From: an uncultured virus (IMG/VR IMGVR_UViG_3300006924_000006)
Lineage: Duplodnaviria; Heunggongvirae; Uroviricota; Caudoviricetes
Length of the DNA: 64,000 nt
Direction: 5' to 3' (one strand)
IMG/VR virus record: IMGVR_UViG_3300006924_000006
A program made the translations under genes and the position numbers. Below the pieces are notes generated by a model. The model ran no database searches. It was not told where the DNA came from and saw nothing but the letters and a program-made list of their open reading frames with translations. Shown here piece after piece: positions 1 to 10,888 of this stretch (its first letter is position 1; each line of letters starts with the position of its first letter).

Positions 1-244
1 CCGCTGCCTCCGAGCCCTCTGGCGCGGCCTCCTCGTCGTTGGGGACGGGGGGCTCGATATCAGGCGGAAAGAACTCTACGAGCATAAAAAGAGCTATATC
101 GAAAATATCATCGCTCTCTAGCTTTTCCGAAAATGGCTGATTAACAAGCCTTTGCCTAAAGAGAGACAGCCTTCTGCTGTGAAGCTCCCCCAGGAGCGCG
201 CCGCCGCAAGCTGGGCAGCAATTCTTTACTAGAGAGTGTCTCAT
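1..244 (-). CDS. Hypothetical protein, partial (runs off the left edge)
   Basis: ATG at 244 preceded by GAGG; frame MRHSLVKELLPSLRRR... stays open to position 1; not in the ORF track. Confidence 0.55.
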   Translation of the reverse strand, partial: MRHSLVKNCCPACGGALLGELHSRRLSLFRQRLVNQPFSEKLESDDIFDIALFMLVEFFPPDIEPPVPNDEEAAPEGSEAA

Positions 245-282
245 TGAGGCCTTTACCTCAAATTTGCAGTTTCTGCATTTTA

Positions 283-3200
283 TCATAGTGATTTTCCATA
301 AACTCTCTCAAGACTAGAGAGAGCAAGATCTTTTTGATCCAAATAATTATTTACTTTGCATATTGCCTTAATAGGAGTTCCATCTTTTAGAATGGTACGA
401 TATAAGGCATAGTCATCAGCCCAAATAGTCAAACCACAAGTATCTCCGTTAACATCTTCTACTAAGTATTTTGCGAATTTCTTTCCTATATTTTTACCAT
501 TTTTAATTTTAAATTCTTTGATCTTTGTCTTGATAATTGCCTCGATTTTTAATCGAGCACCATCTCCTTGAGCCGCAACACCTGATAAAGGCGTTACCAT
601 TGGACCTCCTGTGAAAAAGTCCTTAAAAACTTCATGCAGACTTCCCGACAAAGATCTCCCCATTACTTCTCTCTCTTTTAAAAGAGTCTCCTTTCTATCC
701 CACTCCTCTTCGGAAGTAGTAAATGTAAGTGAGTCCATTATCTCTAAAAACCGCTTTGAGCCAAGAGGTATGTCAAATTTTGCCGTTAGCTCGGGAATGT
801 TTTCTTTCGGAATTTTTTTCCATGTTGGATTCGCAGCAAGAATATCCTTTGTAATAGCCTTCTTCAGGGCTGCCTTCATTTTGGTTCTGTATTTTTGGTA
901 ATTATCGTGCATATCCATTCTGGTCAGCCCGAAGTCATCAAGAGCGCCGGCCTTTGCCAAGGATTGAATTACGGTCTTTCCAACTGTGCGGCTATTGTTT
1001 CTGGAGACAAAATCAGCAAAGCTCTTATAAGGACGATTTTCCGTGATGCTCTCTATGGCCTTTTCTCCGAGCCCTTTTACGGCGGAAAGCCCAATTGCTA
1101 TCGATTTAGCGTTTAGAACGCGATACTCTCCTGCCGACTTATTAACGTTGGGATGAGTTACGTCAATTTTCATGTTTTTGCATTCAGAGACATACTCCTG
1201 CGCCTTGTCGCTATTTGGGTCTTCAGAGTTGATTAGCGCGCACATAAACTGCACAGGATAATGACATCTTAGCCAAGCTGTCTGAAAAGATATCTTCGAA
1301 TAGGATATTGAGTGAGATTTGTTAAAGCTGTACAGGCCAAGAGGCTCAATATAATGCTTCCATATTAAGGAGCCTGTTTTGTAATCCATCCCAGAAAAAG
1401 ACATGCAATCCTTTACGAAATTCGCTTCAGTCCTAAGAACCAGATCTTCATCCTTGCCCTTTAGCTTGCTGATCTTTCTAAGGGCATCCGCTTGGTTCAG
1501 GTCCCATCCGGCACAATCTTGGGCAATAAACATTGCCTGCTCCTCATAAATTAGGACTCCAAAGGTCTTCTTTAAAGCCCTCTTGAGTTTGGGATGCTCA
1601 TAAGTCGCCTCTTCCAGCCCAAGCCGACGCTTTGCGTACTTCTTTCTTTCTGCCGGCAGACAAGATGGTCTTCCAATTGCGTTAATAACAGAGATATCCT
1701 CAATGGTTTTTGGCTTTAGCTTTATACAGAATGGGGTCAGAGAAGACTCAAGCTGAAAAACTCCAAGAGTTTCTCCTCGCCCTAACATCGCATAGACTTT
1801 TTGATCGGCAAAGTCTATGTCTTCTGTTGTCAGCTTTTTCCCCGTAGAGCTCTCGATTAGCTTGAAGGTATTGTCGATAACAGTCAGCGTTTTTAGGCCC
1901 AGAAGATCCATCTTAATAAGACCATTGTCTTCACACCTAGTCTTCTCCCACTGAGTTACGACGTTGTTGTCTCCATCAATTCTCAGAGGGACTGTTTCGT
2001 AAAGCGGATTCTCACCGATAACCAAACCTGCGGCGTGAATGGACCAGTTTCTTGTGAGATTCTGTAGCTTATTTCCATATTGATAAAGCTCGGGGTACTT
2101 GCTCATATACGCAGAAAACTGAGGGCTATCCGCCATAGCCTTGTCTAAGGTTTTTGAATCAGGCATGATAGATGTAATGTTATTTGATATCTTAAATGCC
2201 GCCGACTTATCTCCTCCCAGACGAAGGCTTCTGGCTACGTCTTTTATAACAACTTTTGGAGACAAAGTACTCCAGTTTGAGATGGAGGCGACCTTATCTT
2301 CTCCGTACTTTTCTTTTACGTATTCCTTGACTGCGCCTGGATCCGAAAAATCTGTATCAATGTCTGGAAAAGATGTCTTCTGATTATTATGAAATCTCTC
2401 AAAAATTAAATCGTATTTAATTGGGTCTACGTCTGTAATTCCGGCCAAATATGCGACCAAAGAACCGGATGCTGATCCCCTTCCGGCGCCAACGGGCATC
2501 TTCTTTTTCGCCCAATTTATGTAGTCTGCAACGATAAGCATGTAGGAAGAAAAGTTCTTATCCTCCAGAACAGAGAGCTCGACTTTGACACGATCCCAAT
2601 AGCGCTCTTTTTCCTCTTTTTCTAAGCCGCCAAGCTTATCTTTAAACCCTTGGATGCACCGATATCTCAGAAGAGCCTTATCCTCAGATAAGGTTGATCT
2701 AGTTTTCTTGTACCATGCCGAAAACTCTTTATAGTCCGGCTCTCCATGCACAGGAAAAGAGGGCAGCCTTGCTCCCTTTGGCTTTATGTAGTGAGGCTCC
2801 TCACAAGCCTCCATAATTTTAATTGTATTCTCCATGCCTTTTGACGCTACTTTTTGGCCAAAAAAGTCAACTATTTCAGAAGGCTCCTTCAGGTACATAT
2901 CCTGAACTCCATAGCGGAATCTATCAGGATCGTCAACAGCCTTCTTGTCCTTGATGGCCAACATGAAGTCGTGATATTTTGCGTGCTCTTTATCTCGATA
3001 ATGAGCGTCGCATGTTATGACGTATGGAATTCCTAATTCGCTGGATATCTTGAGCAAAGATTCGTTTAGCCTAACTTGATTAACCTCTTTTCCATTTTTA
3101 TTAACAGCGTGTAAAGCGTGCGGCTGCAACTCCAAAAAGAATCTATCATTAAAAATAGAGTGAAATCTCTTGACGTATTGCGTGGCAAGCTCTTCGTCTT

Positions 3201-3654
3201 CTTCTGTTACAAGAGTTTTTCCGATTAGACCATTGCTGCAGGCGGTAAGGGCAAAAACGCCCTCATTGTACTTTTCGATATGCTCCCAGGAAATTCTGGG
3301 CGTCTTCTTTCCCATGTAGCCAGCAACTTGATTTTGAAATGCCAGATAATTTAAAGTTAAGATATTTTTATACCCAACTGCATTTTGAGCAAGAAGAACA
3401 AGGTGGTGACTCTTTCTCTCTGAAAGATCATTCGCGAAATAAGCTTCAATTCCAGGAATATATTTCACTCCGGTCTTTTGAGACGCAAGATATGCGTCAT
3501 AACTGGCAGTTAATGTTCCGTGATCTGTTACAGCTACAGCTGGGTGCCCCACCTCCTTCGCCCTCTTAAAGAGATCGAGTGTATCGTTCATTCCGTCTAG
3601 AGGGCTTCCTAGTTCTGTGTGATTGTGAAGCGATACAAATGGTCCTTTTGACAT
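283..3654 (-). CDS. dnaE: DNA polymerase III alpha subunit (family C)
   Basis: PHP motifs SLHNHT/TDHG/GIE/CDAHY; GRGSASGS, FPDIDTDF, HAAGLVI, KMDLLGL, FNKSHS; C-terminal OB fold. Confidence 0.97.
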   Translation of the reverse strand: MSKGPFVSLHNHTELGSPLDGMNDTLDLFKRAKEVGHPAVAVTDHGTLTASYDAYLASQKTGVKYIPGIEAYFANDLSERKSHHLVLLAQNAVGYKNILTLNYLAFQNQVAGYMGKKTPRISWEHIEKYNEGVFALTACSNGLIGKTLVTEEDEELATQYVKRFHSIFNDRFFLELQPHALHAVNKNGKEVNQVRLNESLLKISSELGIPYVITCDAHYRDKEHAKYHDFMLAIKDKKAVDDPDRFRYGVQDMYLKEPSEIVDFFGQKVASKGMENTIKIMEACEEPHYIKPKGARLPSFPVHGEPDYKEFSAWYKKTRSTLSEDKALLRYRCIQGFKDKLGGLEKEEKERYWDRVKVELSVLEDKNFSSYMLIVADYINWAKKKMPVGAGRGSASGSLVAYLAGITDVDPIKYDLIFERFHNNQKTSFPDIDTDFSDPGAVKEYVKEKYGEDKVASISNWSTLSPKVVIKDVARSLRLGGDKSAAFKISNNITSIMPDSKTLDKAMADSPQFSAYMSKYPELYQYGNKLQNLTRNWSIHAAGLVIGENPLYETVPLRIDGDNNVVTQWEKTRCEDNGLIKMDLLGLKTLTVIDNTFKLIESSTGKKLTTEDIDFADQKVYAMLGRGETLGVFQLESSLTPFCIKLKPKTIEDISVINAIGRPSCLPAERKKYAKRRLGLEEATYEHPKLKRALKKTFGVLIYEEQAMFIAQDCAGWDLNQADALRKISKLKGKDEDLVLRTEANFVKDCMSFSGMDYKTGSLIWKHYIEPLGLYSFNKSHSISYSKISFQTAWLRCHYPVQFMCALINSEDPNSDKAQEYVSECKNMKIDVTHPNVNKSAGEYRVLNAKSIAIGLSAVKGLGEKAIESITENRPYKSFADFVSRNNSRTVGKTVIQSLAKAGALDDFGLTRMDMHDNYQKYRTKMKAALKKAITKDILAANPTWKKIPKENIPELTAKFDIPLGSKRFLEIMDSLTFTTSEEEWDRKETLLKEREVMGRSLSGSLHEVFKDFFTGGPMVTPLSGVAAQGDGARLKIEAIIKTKIKEFKIKNGKNIGKKFAKYLVEDVNGDTCGLTIWADDYALYRTILKDGTPIKAICKVNNYLDQKDLALSSLERVYGKSL

Positions 3655-3664
3655 TTTTCTCCTT

Positions 3665-3711
3665 AAAAAAGATATAGGCGTGGGAGCCGATATGGCCCTC
3701 CACGCCTATAT
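3665..3711 (-). terminator. Intrinsic terminator-like hairpin just upstream of dnaE
   Basis: ATATAGGCGTGG...CCACGCCTATAT inverted repeat followed by a T6 run on the minus strand, directly before the dnaE SD. Confidence 0.65.
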
Positions 3712-3739
3712 TAGGCACGTTTTTTACTTTGTCCTAAGA

Positions 3740-4036
3740 TTATTCAGACACCAAGCTGTGAATATGGTCATAAATTTCATTTACGATATCCATATCAATA
3801 TCTTGCTTTGCACTACGAAGGGCCTGCGATAGCTCTTTTTTCGGAAGGCTTTTTGACTTTATATAGTCTGCGGACCACTCTCTTCGGGCTTCTTGCAGAT
3901 CCTTGATCGAAACCTCATAAACCATATATTGCTTTACATATTCTTTTACGTCATCCATTGACCACGTAGTTGAGCCTCCCTCTGATTCGTTGAAAATTCT
4001 AACCATACCAGTCGACTCTGTTTCTTCTTCGTTCAT
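3740..4036 (-). CDS. Small helical protein, possibly DsbA(T4)/GapR-like DNA-binding protein
   Basis: 98 aa with AGGAG SD; pattern IKDLQEARREW...LPKKELSQALR loosely resembles that family. Confidence 0.35.
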   Translation of the reverse strand: MNEEETESTGMVRIFNESEGGSTTWSMDDVKEYVKQYMVYEVSIKDLQEARREWSADYIKSKSLPKKELSQALRSAKQDIDMDIVNEIYDHIHSLVSE

Positions 4037-4045
4037 ATAAGCTCC

Positions 4046-7000
4046 TTATTGTACTTCTGTTCCGATGATCAGCTCCCAGGTTCTCCGGAGGCCTTCGCTT
4101 ACAATAATAGCCTCAGAATACTTGCTCGCCTTTAAAACTTCAGGTTTTTTGCCAACAGGCCATTGATCGCTAATTTTCGCGTCCTTTCTCAAGGTGTTCT
4201 CGACATTTTGAGAGCTATTTTTTTCGAGCTCCCTCTTCTTCTGGTAGGCTGTAAACTCACTGTAAGCGTCCTCGATTCTATCAGTATAGTACTTGGCGAG
4301 GGCCTTCTCTACATTTTTAACACCCATAACTTTCTTCCCCTTTTTTGCAGCAGAAGGGAGGGTGGGATAAACAGGACCAATAGGCTCTTGATAAACTCCG
4401 TATCCAGCAAGGGTTTCTGAATGAAGGGAATAGATCTCTTGCATAGTCAGGGTTCTATCTGAATCCTTGTCTTGGATCTCAGATAGAACATCTTCAGTAG
4501 AATGGGTTGTAGATTTATAGTCATACAGTAAGTTCCTTATCTGCATGTAAGATCTTTCATCTTCATTACTGCCGCTAACAAAATAGAAATTACCACCAGA
4601 AGTGTCTCTCAGCTTATTCCTCATATTCTTGACTTCTGAAGTCTTACCCTTAATTCTTAGGCCAAGGCTGTTGTAGTCGCCCTCTTCAACTTTCCCCTTT
4701 AGATCGGGCTCGTGCCTATTCCCATAAGGATCAAGCAAGATTTCTGGATTTTTAACTCCAATCTTATTTGCAATATGGTCAAGTCCGTGACTCTTAATTA
4801 AGAAGTCTTTTACGAGAGTCTTAACGTCTGAGTCATATATGTCATCTCCAAGCAAAATTTGCTGTCCCGCCCACTCTTCAGAGAAGCATTCTAGAGTTAG
4901 CATCTTATTTAGCAAAACATAGTTATTCAACGGAATATATATTCCAGACGCAACCTCGTATCCTCCGGCCTTTTCTCCGAACCCTATAGGCCCCGTTTCT
5001 ACTATATCTTTTTTCTTTCTCTGGAAACTCGTTAGACCTGACCCCATACTAACATTAAATGGCAACCCACGATACTCGCTAAACAAACTCTTCGTTCTAG
5101 CCTTAGCATAGGCCTCCGCTTTCTCTCGACTCTTGACCCCCAACTTGTCCTTTCTGTCTTGGAAGTCATTATAAACCCTCATTATATTCATCAAAAGGCC
5201 ATTAGCATACTGCAGAGGTCTTCTCTGCAGCATGTCAGAGATCTCAATGACATTTCCCTCAGATATTGCAACCTCTATATTTGCGGTTATAATTGAGAGA
5301 TCATTGGCTTTGAAATTTTTTGGATCAACTTCTATCGGAATAGAAATTCCAGTAAAACTAGGGGCGCCGATAGTAGGCGGAACTAAGTTGGCCTCTCCAT
5401 GCCTGACCTCCTGAGGGCCTATTGCAAATCCACTTGAACTGTTAAATCCAAATTTATCATTTATAACAGCAGAACCTTCGCTCCCAGACACGACTCTTGT
5501 CATTGGGTGATCCAGAAGGCTCAGAAGGCTTTTTGAGGCAATCTTGAGGCCGACCGTTCGACTAGGAACTCTATACAAAGAGTACTCCGGGCCAATTCCG
5601 GCATCTGTCAGCAGCTTGCGATAAACGCCCTCTTCCAAAAGAACCGGAGCCTCTCCTATGGCACTTCTTAGCTCGTCCTGGCTTGTTGCCGTCATAATTA
5701 TAATAAAGCCAGCTGCCAAAAACCCATCAAAAGAAGGGTCTATTATTCCAAACGGATTCTCCTTTCCTTTCTGATCGCAAATTCTAAAAACAGGATGAGT
5801 AAACTTATTCTTTTTAAACTCGTAATGCATGGCGCTCCATGTTGGGACTGCCATGACCCCCTCCTGTCTGAGGGACTCATGTTCAGCAGAAAGAAAGCCA
5901 CTTGGAGAAAGCTTTCTTGCATACTTAGAATCTTTCCCCATAAGAATTTTAGTAACAGGTCGCACACTAAGAATCTTATTTAAGACCAAAGAGGCTTTTG
6001 CAGGAAGCAGAGAGAACTCTCGTATTAACGCGTCTTCATCTTCACCTGCTGCAGATACACCAAGACTTACGACAGGGCCTCCTTCTCTTCTGGGAGTTAT
6101 CCTGTATATAGTCTCCGTATCTCCTGGCTGAACTACGTATACGGAGCCATCCCTTCCCTTCCAGAAAGACCCTAACTCTGGAGCTAGCTTGGAAAGATGA
6201 GGGGTGGCCTTACCTCTTACCGGAGGCGTATGTGAGTATCCAAAATCCTTCAGGAGGCCTGTTATGGAGTCTGCGTTTAAGCCCGCTCCCTCATTCTCTA
6301 GTCCATGCGGAAAGCTGACCCTCTGGGTGTCTAGTTCGGCAGAAAGTTGAGTTCGAATATATTTTATCGCCAAGTCTTGGTGATACTCGTTTAAAGAAGC
6401 AGAATTAAGTCCAATTGGAATTTGTTTTATATCAATTTTCAATAAACCAATATTCGTCATAATTGTGTCAAAAATATCATCCAATGAATCTTCGTCTTCT
6501 GGCACTTCGAGAATAACCGGCTCAACGATTGGAGATACAGAGCAATATTCGATTATAGACTCGGGCGTCAAAAAGACATCCTCTTCTACTCCTACGAATT
6601 CATAATATACATATCTTGGAGATATGTCCCTAAAGTATAGATTATAAATTATAGAAAGCTTTTCTGCAATATAATGAGCAGAGGCAGCAGCAGCCACTCT
6701 TCCGTAATACTCTCTTCCATATTGCTTAGACAACTTTAAGGTAGTATCTGCCGATATCAACCCCTTTGTGAGATGTGCAAGATCCTTGTTTTCCGGCCCA
6801 ATCAACTTGTATAATGCAATCGCTCCAGGGGATTCGAAAACTGAGCTTTCGAATTTACCATGCTTTCGTCTGCCTGAAATCAAATAGCTTCCAATTGCTC
6901 CAATTCCCCGTGCAACTTCACCTTTTGATAGAGTTTTGTCATTATTTATTAAGGAGGATATTTCTTTTAGCAAAGCTTCGAAAACCTTTTCTGTAACCGT

Positions 7001-10000
7001 TCTTAGAAAATCTTGATCCAAAAAGAATAAAAATCTTTTTTCAGACTCAAAGCTCTCAAGGAAGCTTGAGAAGTCATATTTGTCAAAAACTGCCCTCCCT
7101 GATACTCTGCCTAATAGAGGCTCTAGATATTGATGAGTTGAGCTTATTTCTTCAAATAAATGATTTCTAGAAAAGTCAATCAGCTGAATGATGGCCTTTT
7201 CGAACTCACTCTTATTACCTTTGTATGAGTCTGAAAACGAAACGAGCTTATCTCCAAGCAATGGCGCTCGAATAACAGAGGATGAAGAAAGCCTTAAAAA
7301 ATTAGAGCATGAACTAAGCATTTCTGACATAACGCGTGCAATAAATTTATTCATTAGATCAAAAATTTGCTCGGAGGCTATACTTTTGGAATCAAGAACT
7401 GAGCCATCATCAGCTGAAGCTCTAAAATCAATTCCACCTGTGTCTGCATACTTCTTGGCTCTATCAGATGCCTCAAAGCGTATGCCTTTTCCAGTACCTA
7501 TTCCCATATCTTCAGAGGCTTCGTAGTATTCTTCAAGAATATGTCTTTTTAAAACTGTTCCGTGGGTCATAGTAACAGTTCCTGCCTCTGAGCTATTCGG
7601 GGCACCCCAAGCAAGCTTTACATCTCGCGCTCCCTTCCGAGGAAAGCTGTACTCTTCTCCGTTATATTCAAACTTTACGTCCTTAGGTCTAAGCCCACGC
7701 TTAGACCGTACTTCCGCATATGAGCGACGGGCATCTCTTCTGGTCGTTTCAGGGACGCCCTTAACAAGGAGGCCTTGATCAACTGCTGCTTTCACAGAAG
7801 CCTCGCCAGAGGCTTGGAGAAGCTTGTATAGAGAGTTCTTTGCTAAGATGTCTTCTGTAGATGTGCTTCCAGTGCTAGTCCTATGATAGAGTTTGGTTAT
7901 ATCATGTAGGTAATGCTTCGCTCCAAAATGCACAGAGTTGTTTATAGTAAATTTGTGTCCATGCCTGCACCTCAATACTACCCCGCCGATAATACTTAGA
8001 TCTTCTGCAGAAAACTTTACGGAAGTAACTCTTTTTGCCGCTCCAGTAAGACCAAATCTTTTACTGCTTGCTGCCATACGAAGAATAGATGCAAGCTTTT
8101 CTGTTCGCTCTGCAGCTTCGACGGATTCTAGGCTGCCGCCTCCGCCTTCTTCTCCAAGCAAATCTATAAAGAATGCCATATCTGACACATCTACTCCAAG
8201 CTTTAGCATGAAATCAATAACGGCCATTCTTCCTTCTGCACTAAGATTTCCGATAAGAGCACTGAACCCAGCGGGATCGATTGAAGACGCGCTAACCCCC
8301 GCCCCGCATACGGGGAATACGGACGTCCCTTCTGGAAGGTTCTTAAACCCACCCATACCATCAGACGGAGGAGGGATAATGCCGCTTTCAAAGTCAAATT
8401 CATCTATCGCTAATGGGGCCTCGCTAATTGGGCCGGCCAGCGGAGTTACCAGATAGAGACCCTCTGCGGCCATTCTATACTTTCTTATAAGAGATTCAAA
8501 TTCTTCTTTATTTGAAAAAGAAAGATGGGTTGGACATCTAAAATAATTTTTGGAAAACTTCCATCCGCCACTGCTTTTCGACTTATAGTATCTCCTTATC
8601 TTTTCTGCAGTAGCCTCATCTACCTTCTCTTCCTTTACGGCCCGCTCCAATGCACCATCTAAGCTTGCCTTGCTCCGGTAGACGTTCTTGTCGGAAAAGG
8701 AGCTGGCAGCTAGTATTGGGAGGGAGGTCTTATCGGAAGGTGCCGAACCATCTATAACTCCGGAGAGATCTACAGAAAATCCACATTGACCAAAGGATTC
8801 GCGAGATAGAGAGGAAGCCACCTCTTCATAAGGAAAGGCGCTATTTCTTCCATCACCTTCTGGGTAAGGGCAGAAGAAGCGTTGGCCCTTTATCGAAATA
8901 CCTCTTGTAGTCAAAGGTATGCACCCAAGAAATCTCATAGCTTCTGCTCGCCTCAAAAGCCCCTCTGCCGATTTCTCAAACCTATCCGAAGAAATTAGGT
9001 CTTCGATTTCATCCCAAGTCATGCTTTCGTTTGACCTCTTATATATGGAGCTCCAGGCCTCTTTGATTCTCTTTCCGCCTACTACGGAAATGTAGCTTTT
9101 GGGAGGCGCAAATCTAGCCCCTGACGCTCTAATCTTCTCGATAGGGAGAGGTTCAACTTTTCCAACAACAAGCCTGCCGTCCTTATCCTTTTTAGTCTCC
9201 TTCTTAAAGAGAGAGTAAGTTTGCACCTGAATGTCAATCTTGCTCATCTTGGCTTCAATCGTTTTTCTTTTTCTCTGTTCTTCAGTGCCAGGCTGTTTCT
9301 CGAACCCATTGACAATAGTCTTTCCACATACAGTACAGCTTATAAGCTCAGCCTTAATCTGAGGGACAGACTCCTTTTTTATTGTATAATAAATTCTCTC
9401 TTTTCCAATATTAGAGGTTATAAAGCCGCACATTCCTCTTGAGCTAGAAAAAGATTCTCCTGCCAAATACTCTTTGGCCTTACTCTCTATACTCTTGCGA
9501 AAAGCATTATAGATTTTATCGTGAAAAGTTGATGAGAAGCCATACTCATACATTTTCTTAATACTCTCTGAGTATTTCTTGCTATACTTAAACTCATCAA
9601 TTTTCTTCTGGAGAAAGGTGCCTAGGCTAAGATCTGGAAGCGCTATATGATATAAAATTGAATATATTGAGGAGAGATAAGGATCCTCTATTAAATGATT
9701 CGTCAAGTAGATCTTATCGTCTAGTTTTTCTCCTTGATTTTTTACAAAAAGATCTCTCATTTTAATAGATGATACAAATCTATCAAAGTTATCTGCTAGA
9801 TTCTGACGATGAGCCTCTACTCTTTCAACTGTATCACGATCCCCATGCTTCTCATTGTTACGAGTATAGTCCGACCATTCTTTCGCTTTTTCTTCGAAAC
9901 TTTTTAACTCTACTTTTATGCCAGATAGCAACTCATTTGTATATTCAGTTGAATATACAAAAACTCCATCTGGACCAGTCTTTCCTCCTAAAGCCTTTTC

Positions 10001-10888
10001 GTTATACTTCTTGAAAAATGCAGAAAATGTAATCGGAGTAACTTCTGCACCTTCCTGTATGGCCTTGTCAAACAAGGACTTATAGGAGTAGGGCGACGTA
10101 TCTGAGATAAATGCCCGAGAAGATGTTACCAGTGATCGCTGCAATCTACCATAGGTCTTTCTCTTAAATAGGGCAGGCTTACGAACAAGCTCTTTGTCGA
10201 AGACCGAAATCTCTACCATGCCTTTCGGAGGATGCTCTCTAGGCTCTAGCTCTTCTAGCAAGGCTGAGGGCAGATCTTTCTCACCTGATTCTTCTTCGAA
10301 AATATTAATCGCGTCAGGTATAGGCTCCTTTTCTGCTTCTTTTTTTTCGCTTAAGAAGTAAGACCTAACTTCTTCAAAGGGCGTCTCTATAAAGCCTCTT
10401 ATTCCGGCTATCCGGAATAAGAGTAATACTGGGGCCTCAAGATGATCGGGAAGCGAATAGCCCTGAAACCGAATAACAAAATCGTCATAAGCTGCCGAAA
10501 GAGCCTCCGTAATACCGCTTGAGCCAGAAGAGAGAAACGCCTTTTCGGCAGCTTCTATAAGAATATCTTTTTGTTGCTCGTAATCATATTCTACCTCAGC
10601 CTCACTCAGACCCTCCTCGTAAGACCCTTCTTCATAAGACTCTTCTCCGTAAGACCCTTCTTCATAAGACTCTTCTCCGTAAAAGCCTATCTCCTCCTCG
10701 CCTCTTTCTTCATAAGAATCTTCCTCTTCAGACATCAGCATTGGAAGAATATTAAATACTTGGTTTAAGTATTTGTGGTATTCTTCGAGGGTGGAGAGAG
10801 AGTCGTCTAAGCGGGCCTCTTCAAAAGTTTCGGGAAAATGCTCTTTGCTCGCCTCTACTGCAGTCTCTAGTTTTGATTTACTGTTCAT
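4046..10888 (-). CDS. Giant hypothetical protein (2280 aa) with acidic N-terminal repeats and scattered Cys/His motifs
   Basis: Uninterrupted ORF; EESYEEGSY repeats; CTVC, CPYP, CPTH, CRHGH motifs; no family recognised. Confidence 0.85.
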   Translation of the reverse strand: MNSKSKLETAVEASKEHFPETFEEARLDDSLSTLEEYHKYLNQVFNILPMLMSEEEDSYEERGEEEIGFYGEESYEEGSYGEESYEEGSYEEGLSEAEVEYDYEQQKDILIEAAEKAFLSSGSSGITEALSAAYDDFVIRFQGYSLPDHLEAPVLLLFRIAGIRGFIETPFEEVRSYFLSEKKEAEKEPIPDAINIFEEESGEKDLPSALLEELEPREHPPKGMVEISVFDKELVRKPALFKRKTYGRLQRSLVTSSRAFISDTSPYSYKSLFDKAIQEGAEVTPITFSAFFKKYNEKALGGKTGPDGVFVYSTEYTNELLSGIKVELKSFEEKAKEWSDYTRNNEKHGDRDTVERVEAHRQNLADNFDRFVSSIKMRDLFVKNQGEKLDDKIYLTNHLIEDPYLSSIYSILYHIALPDLSLGTFLQKKIDEFKYSKKYSESIKKMYEYGFSSTFHDKIYNAFRKSIESKAKEYLAGESFSSSRGMCGFITSNIGKERIYYTIKKESVPQIKAELISCTVCGKTIVNGFEKQPGTEEQRKRKTIEAKMSKIDIQVQTYSLFKKETKKDKDGRLVVGKVEPLPIEKIRASGARFAPPKSYISVVGGKRIKEAWSSIYKRSNESMTWDEIEDLISSDRFEKSAEGLLRRAEAMRFLGCIPLTTRGISIKGQRFFCPYPEGDGRNSAFPYEEVASSLSRESFGQCGFSVDLSGVIDGSAPSDKTSLPILAASSFSDKNVYRSKASLDGALERAVKEEKVDEATAEKIRRYYKSKSSGGWKFSKNYFRCPTHLSFSNKEEFESLIRKYRMAAEGLYLVTPLAGPISEAPLAIDEFDFESGIIPPPSDGMGGFKNLPEGTSVFPVCGAGVSASSIDPAGFSALIGNLSAEGRMAVIDFMLKLGVDVSDMAFFIDLLGEEGGGGSLESVEAAERTEKLASILRMAASSKRFGLTGAAKRVTSVKFSAEDLSIIGGVVLRCRHGHKFTINNSVHFGAKHYLHDITKLYHRTSTGSTSTEDILAKNSLYKLLQASGEASVKAAVDQGLLVKGVPETTRRDARRSYAEVRSKRGLRPKDVKFEYNGEEYSFPRKGARDVKLAWGAPNSSEAGTVTMTHGTVLKRHILEEYYEASEDMGIGTGKGIRFEASDRAKKYADTGGIDFRASADDGSVLDSKSIASEQIFDLMNKFIARVMSEMLSSCSNFLRLSSSSVIRAPLLGDKLVSFSDSYKGNKSEFEKAIIQLIDFSRNHLFEEISSTHQYLEPLLGRVSGRAVFDKYDFSSFLESFESEKRFLFFLDQDFLRTVTEKVFEALLKEISSLINNDKTLSKGEVARGIGAIGSYLISGRRKHGKFESSVFESPGAIALYKLIGPENKDLAHLTKGLISADTTLKLSKQYGREYYGRVAAAASAHYIAEKLSIIYNLYFRDISPRYVYYEFVGVEEDVFLTPESIIEYCSVSPIVEPVILEVPEDEDSLDDIFDTIMTNIGLLKIDIKQIPIGLNSASLNEYHQDLAIKYIRTQLSAELDTQRVSFPHGLENEGAGLNADSITGLLKDFGYSHTPPVRGKATPHLSKLAPELGSFWKGRDGSVYVVQPGDTETIYRITPRREGGPVVSLGVSAAGEDEDALIREFSLLPAKASLVLNKILSVRPVTKILMGKDSKYARKLSPSGFLSAEHESLRQEGVMAVPTWSAMHYEFKKNKFTHPVFRICDQKGKENPFGIIDPSFDGFLAAGFIIIMTATSQDELRSAIGEAPVLLEEGVYRKLLTDAGIGPEYSLYRVPSRTVGLKIASKSLLSLLDHPMTRVVSGSEGSAVINDKFGFNSSSGFAIGPQEVRHGEANLVPPTIGAPSFTGISIPIEVDPKNFKANDLSIITANIEVAISEGNVIEISDMLQRRPLQYANGLLMNIMRVYNDFQDRKDKLGVKSREKAEAYAKARTKSLFSEYRGLPFNVSMGSGLTSFQRKKKDIVETGPIGFGEKAGGYEVASGIYIPLNNYVLLNKMLTLECFSEEWAGQQILLGDDIYDSDVKTLVKDFLIKSHGLDHIANKIGVKNPEILLDPYGNRHEPDLKGKVEEGDYNSLGLRIKGKTSEVKNMRNKLRDTSGGNFYFVSGSNEDERSYMQIRNLLYDYKSTTHSTEDVLSEIQDKDSDRTLTMQEIYSLHSETLAGYGVYQEPIGPVYPTLPSAAKKGKKVMGVKNVEKALAKYYTDRIEDAYSEFTAYQKKRELEKNSSQNVENTLRKDAKISDQWPVGKKPEVLKASKYSEAIIVSEGLRRTWELIIGTEVQ
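10621..10680. repeat. Exact 30-bp tandem duplication encoding an acidic repeat
   Basis: aagacccttcttcataagactcttctccgt twice. Confidence 0.95.
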
